Below, one piece after another: positions 54,870 through 64,000 of a stretch of DNA of 64,000 nucleotides. Source of the stretch: Auanema rhodensis (taxonomy: Eukaryota > Animalia > Nematoda); NCBI GenBank assembly GCA_964057225.1, contig OZ059894.1:23684001-23748000 (forward strand), given 5' to 3'. Numbering within the stretch: position 1 is the first letter of the stretch; each line of letters begins with the position of its first letter. A program made the position numbers and the translations under genes. Below the pieces are notes generated by a model. It ran no database searches. It saw only the letters and a program-made list of their open reading frames with translations, and was not told the DNA's origin.

Positions 54870-57800
54870 ATCAGTCTAAAAACAAATTTTTATTGATATT
54901 GGTGCATGGTAACCATGACTTTGAAATTTACGTGAACTTTAATTTATGCTAATTTAATGTACACGTGATGTGCACTTGGTATGTAACTCGCTTCACGTGA
55001 AAGATAAAGAGATGCGGTTTTCAAAATTATATTCCCCATGTCCATATTAGTCTAAAAACAAATTTTTATTGATATTGGTGCATGGTAACCATGACTTTGA
55101 AATTTACGTGAACTTTAATTTATGCTAATTAAATGTACACGTGATGTGCACTTGGTATGTAACTCGCTTCACGTGAAAGATAAAGAGATGCGGTTTTCAA
55201 AATTAGATTCCCCATGTCCATATTAGTCGAAAAACAAATTTTTATTGATATTGGTTCATGGTAACCATGACTTTGAAATTTACGTGAACTTTAATTTATG
55301 CTAATTAAATGTACACGTGATGTGCACTTGGTATGTGACTCGCTTCACGTGAAAGATAAAGAGATGCGGTTTTCAGAATTAGATTTCCCATGTCCATATT
55401 AGTCTAAAAACAAATTTTTATTGATATTGGTGCATGGTAACCATGACTTTGAAATTTACGTGAACTTTAATTTATGCTAATTAAATGTACACGTGATGTG
55501 CACTTGGTATGTAACTCGCTTCACGTGAAAGATAAAGAGATGCGGTTTTCAAAATTAGAATCCCCATGTCCATATTAGTCTAAAAACAAATTTTTATTGA
55601 TATTGGTGCATGGTAACCATGATTTTGAAATTTACGTGAACTTTAATTTATGCTAATTAAATGTACACGTGATGTGCACTTGGTATGTAACTCGCTTCAC
55701 GTGAAAGATAAAGAGATGCGGTTTTCAAAATTAGATTTCTCATGTCCATATTAGTCTAAAAACAAATTTTTATTGATATTGATGCATGGTAACCATGACT
55801 TTGAAATTTACGTGAACTTTAATTTATGCTAATTAAATGTACACGTGATGTGCACTTGGTATGTAACTCGCTTCACGTGAAAGATAAAGAGATGCGGTTT
55901 TCAAAATTAGATTCCCCATGTCCATATTAGTCTAAAAACAAATTTTTATTGATATTGGTGCATGGTAACCACGACTTTGAAATTTACGTGAACTTTAATT
56001 TATGCTAATTAAATGTACACGTGATGTGCACTTGGTATGTAACTCGCTTCACGTGAAAGATAAAGAGATGCGGTTTTCAAAATTAGATTCCCCATGTCCA
56101 TATTAGTCTAAAAACAAATTTTTATTGATATTGGTGCATGGTAACCATGACTTTGAAATTTACGTGAACTTTAATTTATGCTAATTAAATGTACACGTGA
56201 TGTGCACTTGGTATGTAACTCGCTTCACGTGAAAGATAAAGAGATGCGGTTTTCAAAATTAGATTCCCCATGTCCATATCAGTCTAAAAACAAATTTTTA
56301 TTGATATTGGTGCATGGTAACCATGATTTTGAAATTTACGTGAACTTTAATTTATGCTAATTAAATGTACACGTGATGTGCACTTGGTATGTAACTCGCT
56401 TCACGTGAAAGATAAAGAGATGCGGTTTTCAAAATTAGATTCCCCATGTCCATATTAGTCTAAAAACAAATTTTTATTGATATTGGTGCATGGTAACCAT
56501 GACTTTGAAATTTACGTGAACTTTAATTTATGCTAATTAAATGTACACGTGATGTGCACTTGGTATGTAACTCGCTTCACGTGAAAGTTAAAGAGATGCG
56601 GTTTTCAAAATTAGATTCCCCATGTCCATATTAGTCTAAAAACAAATTTTTATTGATATTGGTGCATGGTAACCATGACTTTGAAATTTACGTGAACTTT
56701 AATTTATGCTAATTAAATGTACACGTGATGTGCACTTGGTATGTAACTCGCTTCACGTGAAAGATAAAGAGATGCGGTTTTCAAAATTAGAATCCCCATG
56801 TCCATATTAGTCTAAAAACAAATTTTTATTGATATTGGTGCATGGTAACCATGATTTTGAAATTTACGTGAACTTTAATTTATGCTAATTAAATGTACAC
56901 GTGATGTGCACTTGGTATGTAACTCGCTTCACGTGAAAGATAAAGAGATGCGGTTTTCAAAATTAGATTTCTCATGTCCATATTAGTCTAAAAACAAATT
57001 TTTATTGATATTGATGCATGGTAACCATGACTTTGAAATTTACGTGAACTTTAATTTATGCTAATTAAATGTACACGTGATGTGCACTTGGTATGTAACT
57101 CGCTTCACGTGAAAGATAAAGAGATGCGGTTTTCAAAATTAGATTCCCCATGTCCATATTAGTCTAAAAACAAATTTTTATTGATATTGGTGCATGGTAA
57201 CCACGACTTTGAAATTTACGTGAACTTTAATTTATGCTAATTAAATGTACACGTGATGTGCACTTGGTATGTAACTCGCTTCACGTGAAAGATAAAGAGA
57301 TGCGGTTTTCAAAATTAGATTCCCCATGTCCATATTAGTCTAAAAACAAATTTTTATTGATATTGGTGCATGGTAACCATGACTTTGAAATTTACGTGAA
57401 CTTTAATTTATGCTAATTAAATGTACACGTGATGTGCACTTGGTATGTAACTCGCTTCACGTGAAAGATAAAGAGATGCGGTTTTCAAAATTAGATTCCC
57501 CATGTCCATATCAGTCTAAAAACAAATTTTTATTGATATTGGTGCATGGTAACCATGACTTTGAAATTTACGTGAACTTTAATTTATGCTAATTAAATGT
57601 ACACGTGATGTGCACTTGGTATGTAACTCGCTTCACGTGAAAGATAAAGAGATGCGGTTTTCGAAATTATATTCCCCATGTCCATATTAGTCTAAAAACA
57701 AATTTTTATTGATATTGGTGCATGGTAACCATGACTTTGAAATTTACGTGAACTTTAATTTATGCTAATTAAATGTACACGTGATGTGCACTTGGTATGT

Positions 57801-60800
57801 AACTCGCTTCACGTGAAAGATAAAGAGATGCGGTTTTCAAAATTAGATTCCCCATGTCCATATTAGTCGAAAAACAAATTTTTATTGATATTGGTGCATG
57901 GTAACCATGATTTTGAAATTTACGTGAACTTTAATTTATGCTAATTAAATGTACACGTGATGTGCACTTGGTATGTAACTCGCTTCACGTGAAAGATAAA
58001 GAGATGCGGTTTTCAAAATTAGATTCCCCATGTCCATATTAGTCTAAAAACAAATTTTTATTGATATTGGTGCATGGTAACCACGACTTTGAAATTTACG
58101 TGAACTTTAATTTATGCTAATTAAATGTACACGTGATGTGCACTTGGTATGTAACTCGCTTCACGTGAAAGATAAAGAGATGCGGTTTTCAAAATTAGAT
58201 TCCCCATGTCCATATTAGTCTAAAAACAAATTTTTATTGATATTGGTGCATGGTAACCATGACTTTGAAATTTACGTGAACTTTAATTTATGCTAATTAA
58301 ATGTACACGTGATGTGCACTTGGTATGTAACTCGCTTCACGTGAAAGTTAAAGAGATGCGGTTTTCAAAATTAGATTCCCCATGTCCATATTAGTCTAAA
58401 AACAAATTTTTATTGATATTGGTGCATGGTAACCATGACTTTGAAATTTACGTGAACTTTAATTTATGCTAATTAAATGTACACGTGATGTGCACTTGGT
58501 ATGTAACTCGCTTCACGTGAAAGATAAAGAGATGCGGTTTTCAAAATTAGAATCCCCATGTCCATATTAGTCTAAAAACAAATTTTTATTGATATTGGTG
58601 CATGGTAACCATGATTTTGAAATTTACGTGAACTTTAATTTATGCTAATTAAATGTACACGTGATGTGCACTTGGTATGTAACTCGCTTCACGTGAAAGA
58701 TAAAGAGATGCGGTTTTCAAAATTAGATTTCTCATGTCCATATTAGTCTAAAAACAAATTTTTATTGATATTGATGCATGGTAACCATGACTTTGAAATT
58801 TACGTGAACTTTAATTTATGCTAATTAAATGTACACGTGATGTGCACTTGGTATGTAACTCGCTTCACGTGAAAGATAAAGAGATGCGGTTTTCAAAATT
58901 AGATTCCCCATGTCCATATTAGTCTAAAAACAAATTTTTATTGATATTGGTGCATGGTAACCACGACTTTGAAATTTACGTGAACTTTAATTTATGCTAA
59001 TTAAATGTACACGTGATGTGCACTTGGTATGTAACTCGCTTCACGTGAAAGATAAAGAGATGCGGTTTTCAAAATTAGATTCCCCATGTCCATATTAGTC
59101 TAAAAACAAATTTTTATTGATATTGGTGCATGGTAACCATGACTTTGAAATTTACGTGAACTTTAATTTATGCTAATTAAATGTACACGTGATGTGCACT
59201 TGGTATGTAACTCGCTTCACGTGAAAGATAAAGAGATGCGGTTTTCAAAATTAGATTCCCCATGTCCATATCAGTCTAAAAACAAATTTTTATTGATATT
59301 GGTGCATGGTAACCATGACTTTGAAATTTACGTGAACTTTAATTTATGCTAATTAAATGTACACGTGATGTGCACTTGGTATGTAACTCGCTTCACGTGA
59401 AAGATAAAGAGATGCGGTTTTCGAAATTATATTCCCCATGTCCATATTAGTCTAAAAACAAATTTTTATTGATATTGGTGCATGGTAACCATGACTTTGA
59501 AATTTACGTGAACTTTAATTTATGCTAATTAAATGTACACGTGATGTGCACTTGGTATGTAACTCGCTTCACGTGAAAGATAAAGAGATGCGGTTTTCAA
59601 AATTAGATTCCCCATGTCCATATTAGTCGAAAAACAAATTTTTATTGATATTGGTGCATGGTAACCACGACTTTGAAATTTACGTGAACTTTAATTTATG
59701 CTAATTAAATGTACACGTGATGTGCACTTGGTATGTAACTCGCTTCACGTGAAAGATAAAGAGATGCGGTTTTCAAAATTAGATTCCCCATGTCCATATT
59801 AGTCTAAAAACAAATTTTTATTGATATTGGTGCATGGTAACCATGACTTTGAAATTTACGTGAACTTTAATTTATGCTAATTAAATGTACACGTGATGTG
59901 CACTTGGTATGTAACTCGCTTCACGTGAAAGATAAAGAGATGCGGTTTTCAAAATTAGATTCCCCATGTCCATATCAGTCTAAAAACAAATTTTTATTGA
60001 TATTGGTGCATGGTAACCATGATTTTGAAATTTACGTGAACTTTAATTTATGCTAATTAAATGTACACGTGATGTGCACTTGGTATGTAACTCGCTTCAC
60101 GTGAAAGATAAAGAGATGCGGTTTTCAAAATTAGAATCCCCATGTCCATATTAGTCTAAAAACAAATTTTTATTGATATTGGTGCATGGTAACCATGATT
60201 TTGAAATTTACGTGAACTTTAATTTATGCTAATTAAATGTACACGTGATGTGCACTTGGTATGTAACTCGCTTCACGTGAAAGATAAAGAGATGCGGTTT
60301 TCAAAATTAGATTCCCCATGTCCATATTAGTCTAAAAACAAATTTTTATTGATATTGGTGCATGGTAACCATGACTTTGAAATTTACGTGAACTTTAATT
60401 TATGCTAATTAAATGTACACGTGATGTGCACTTGGTATGTAACTCGCTTCACGTGAAAGTTAAAGAGATGCGGTTTTCAAAATTAGATTCCCCATGTCCA
60501 TATTAGTCTAAAAACAAATTTTTATTGATATTGGTGCATGGTAACCATGACTTTGAAATTTACGTGAACTTTAATTTATGCTAATTAAATGTACACGTGA
60601 TGTGCACTTGGTATGTAACTCGCTTCACGTGAAAGATAAAGAGATGCGGTTTTCAAAATTAGAATCCCCATGTCCATATTAGTCTAAAAACAAATTTTTA
60701 TTGATATTGGTGCATGGTAACCATGATTTTGAAATTTACGTGAACTTTAATTTATGCTAATTAAATGTACACGTGATGTGCACTTGGTATGTAACTCGCT

Positions 60801-63800
60801 TCACGTGAAAGATAAAGAGATGCGGTTTTCAAAATTAGATTTCTCATGTCCATATTAGTCTAAAAACAAATTTTTATTGATATTGATGCATGGTAACCAT
60901 GACTTTGAAATTTACGTGAACTTTAATTTATGCTAATTAAATGTACACGTGATGTGCACTTGGTATGTAACTCGCTTCACGTGAAAGATAAAGAGATGCG
61001 GTTTTCAAAATTAGATTCCCCATGTCCATATTAGTCTAAAAACAAATTTTTATTGATATTGGTGCATGGTAACCACGACTTTGAAATTTACGTGAACTTT
61101 AATTTATGCTAATTAAATGTACACGTGATGTGCACTTGGTATGTAACTCGCTTCACGTGAAAGATAAAGAGATGCGGTTTTCAAAATTAGATTCCCCATG
61201 TCCATATTAGTCTAAAAACAAATTTTTATTGATATTGGTGCATGGTAACCATGACTTTGAAATTTACGTGAACTTTAATTTATGCTAATTAAATGTACAC
61301 GTGATGTGCACTTGGTATGTAACTCGCTTCACGTGAAAGATAAAGAGATGCGGTTTTCAAAATTATATTCCCCATGTCCATATTAGTCTAAAAACAAATT
61401 TTTATTGATATTGGTGCATGGTAACCATGACTTTGAAATTTACGTGAACTTTAATTTATGCTAATTAAATGTACACGTGATGTGCACTTGGTATGTAACT
61501 CGCTTCACGTGAAAGATAAAGAGATGCGGTTTTCAAAATTAGATTCCCCATGTCCATATTAGTCGAAAAACAAATTTTTATTGATATTGGTGCATGGTAA
61601 CCATGACTTTGAAATTTACGTGAACTTTAATTTATGCTAATTAAATGTACACGTGATGTGCACTTGGTATGTAACTCGCTTCACGTGAAAGATAAAGAGA
61701 TGCGGTTTTCAAAATTATATTCCCCATGTCCATATTAGTCTAAAAACAAATTTTTATTGATATTGGTGCATGGTAACCATGACTTTGAAATTTACGTGAA
61801 CTTTAATTTATGCTAATTAAATGTACACGTGATGTGCACTTGGTATGTAACTCGCTTCACGTGAAAGATAAAGAGATGCGGTTTTCAAAATTAGATTCCC
61901 CATGTCCATATTAGTCGAAAAACAAATTTTTATTGATATTGGTTCATGGTAACCATGACTTTGAAATTTACGTGAACTTTAATTTATGCTAATTAAATGT
62001 ACACGTGATGTGCACTTGGTATGTGACTCGCTTCACGTGAAAGATAAAGAGATGCGGTTTTCAGAATTAGATTCCCCATGTCCATATTAGTCTAAAAACA
62101 AATTTTTATTGATATTGGTGCATGGTAACCATGACTTTGAAATTTACGTGAACTTTAATTTATGCTAATTAAATGTACACGTGATGTGCACTTGGTATGT
62201 AACTCGCTTCACGTGAAAGATAAAGAGATGCGGTTTTCAAAATTAGAATCCCCATGTCCATATTAGTCTAAAAACAAATTTTTATTGATATTGGTGCATG
62301 GTAACCATGATTTTGAAATTTACGTGAACTTTAATTTATGCTAATTAAATGTACACGTGATGTGCACTTGGTATGTAACTCGCTTCACGTGAAAGATAAA
62401 GAGATGCGGTTTTCAAAATTAGATTTCTCATGTCCATATTAGTCTAAAAACAAATTTTTATTGATATTGGTGCATGGTAACCATGACTTTGAAATTTACG
62501 TGAACTTTAATTTATGCTAATTAAATGTACACGTGATGTGCACTTGGTATGTAACTCGCTTCACGTGAAAGATAAAGAGATGCGGTTTTCAAAATTAGAT
62601 TCCCCATGTACATATTAGTCTAAAAACAAATTTTTATTGATATTGGTGCATGGTAACCACGACTTTGAAATTTACGTGAACTTTAATTTATGCTAATTAA
62701 ATGTACACGTGATGTGCACTTGGTATGTAACTCGCTTCACGTGAAAGATAAAGAGATGCGGTTTTCAAAATTAGATTCCCCATGTCCATATTAGTCTAAA
62801 AACAAATTTTTATTGATATTGGTGCATGGTAACCATGACTTTGAAATTTACGTGAACTTTAATTTATGCTAATTAAATGTACACGTGATGTGCACTTGGT
62901 ATGTAACTCGCTTCACGTGAAAGTTAAAGAGATGCGGTTTTCAAAATTAGATTCCCCATGTCCATATTAGTCTAAAAACAAATTTTTATTGATATTGGTG
63001 CATGGTAACCATGACTTTGAAATTTACGTGAACTTTAATTTATGCTTATTAAATGTACACGTGATGTGCACTTGGTATGTAACTCGCTTCACGTGAAAGA
63101 TAAAGAGATGCGGTTTTCAAAATTAGATTCCCCATGTCCATATTAGTCTAAAAACAAATTTTTATTGATATTGGTGCATGGTAACCATGACTTTGAAATT
63201 TACGTGAACTTTAATTTATGCTAATTAAATGTACACGTGATGTGCACTTGGTATGTAACTCGCTTCACGTGAAAGATAAAGAGATGCGGTTTTCAAAATT
63301 AGATTCCCCATGTCCATATTAGTCTAAAAACAAATTTTTATTGATATTGGTGCATGGTAACCATGACTTTGAAATTTACGTGAACTTTAATTTATGCTAA
63401 TTAAATGTACACGTGATGTGCACTTGGTATGTAACTCGCTTCACGTAAAAGATAAAGAGATGCGGTTTTCAAAATTAGATTCCCCATGTCCATATTAGTC
63501 TAAAAACAAATTTTTATTGATATTGGTGCATGGTAACCATGACTTTGAAATTTACGTGAACTTTAATTTATGCTAATTAAATGTACACGTGATGTGCACT
63601 TGGTATGTAACTCGCTTCACGTGAAAGATAAAGAGATGCGGTTTTCAAAATTAGATTCCCCATGTCCATATTAGTCTAAAAACAAATTTTTATTGATATT
63701 GGTGCATGGTAACCATGACTTTGAAATTTACGTGAACTTTAATTTATGCTAATTAAATGTACACGTGATGTGCACTTGGTATGTAACTCGCTTCACGTGA

Positions 63801-64000
63801 AAGATAAAGAGATGCGGTTCTCAAAATTAGATTCCCCATGTCCATATTAGTCTAAAAACAAATTTTTATTGATATTGGTGCATGGTAACCATGACTTTGA
63901 AATTTACGTGAACTTTAATTTATGCTGATTAAATGTACACGTGATGTGCACTTGGTATGTAACTCGCTTCACGTGAACGATAAAGAGATGCGGTTTTCAA
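54870..64000. repeat. Satellite subfamily domain B (G35-dominant, GGTGCATGG)
   Basis: Nearly all monomers read TTGGTGCATGG (T35 exceptions at 55222 and 61910). It has its own variant set: T3C, T8G, G33A, T47C, C50T, A135T, G161T, T163A, TTCCCC>TTTCTC. No 174-bp monomers. Confidence 0.9.
56454..59797. repeat. Higher-order repeat in domain B: ~10-mer (1760-bp period), ~1.9 copies
   Basis: [T135],[A163],[T50+TTTCTC],[A33],[C47],[cons],[C3+G154+T161],[cons],[G8..] starts at 56454 and again at 58214. The ORF-track hits at 57410 and 59170 are exactly 1760 bp apart. Confidence 0.88.

Larger units (their letters stand above)
1..64000. repeat. 176-bp tandem satellite DNA array (363 full monomers + 1 partial), probably centromeric/pericentromeric; runs off both ends of the window
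   Basis: ATTAGTCTAAAAAC recurs at 1, 177, 353, 529 ... 63846. The arithmetic closes exactly: 363x176 - 21x2 - 1 = 63845. All copies are in the same orientation with no intervening unique sequence. Confidence refers to the satellite call; the centromeric role is inferred only from monomer size, AT-richness and homogeneity. Confidence 0.99.

Noticed and set aside
54770-60056. Five identical 60-aa ORFs (MLIKCTRDVHLVCNSLHVKDKEMRFSK...) at 54770, 56178, 57410, 59170, 59874
   Set aside because: Each exists only because T3C turns TAG into CAG (TATTAG>TATCAG) in a few domain-B monomers. The ORF is one monomer read once, and it stops in the next monomer because 176 is not a multiple of 3. No recognisable domain or gene context.
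1-64000. CRISPR array or other repeat-spacer system
   Set aside because: Palindromic motifs recur, but the sequence between them is near-identical in every unit. There are no unique spacers, no leader and no cas genes.
1-64000. Variant pattern as an information-bearing code or product of a diversity-generating system
   Set aside because: The order of variants is explained by nested block duplications, in-phase deletions and point mutation. No enzyme gene, template/variable repeat pair or targeted mutation bias is visible.
1-64000. Embedded transposon, inversion or telomeric repeat
   Set aside because: The monomer phase is accounted for to the base across the whole window, leaving no room for an insertion. 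I saw no strand switch or telomere motif.

Overview
The whole 64 kb window is one uninterrupted, head-to-tail, single-orientation tandem array of an AT-rich (~32% GC) 176-bp satellite monomer. Phased from position 1 the consensus is ATTAGTCTAAAAACAAATTTTTATTGATATTGGTTCATGGTAACCATGACTTTGAAATTTACGTGAACTTTAATTTATGCTAATTAAATGTACACGTGATGTGCACTTGGTATGTAACTCGCTTCACGTGAAAGATAAAGAGATGCGGTTTTCAAAATTAGATTCCCCATGTCCAT. By my count there are 363 complete monomers (341 of 176 bp, 21 of 174 bp, one of 175 bp) plus a 155-bp partial copy. Most copies differ from consensus at 0-4 sites. Monomer length, homogeneity and higher-order structure fit a eukaryotic centromeric or pericentromeric satellite, but this is inference; I do not recognise the family or organism. 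I find no genes, RNA genes, transposons or CRISPR arrays, and the five 60-aa ORFs are by-products of one SNP. The structure of interest is in the variant pattern: (i) two subfamily domains (T35-type, ~1-50.8 kb; G35-type, ~54-64 kb) separated by a more diverged transition zone; (ii) irregular nested higher-order repeats (4-, 5-, 10-, 14-mers) and an apparent ~27-29 kb macro-duplication; (iii) a fixed 174-bp variant monomer with six clustered changes; (iv) a monomer rich in dyad symmetries, with three ACGTGA (E-box/G-box-like) motifs 32-33 bp apart. Variants are written by monomer position (e.g. T35G) and were read by eye.
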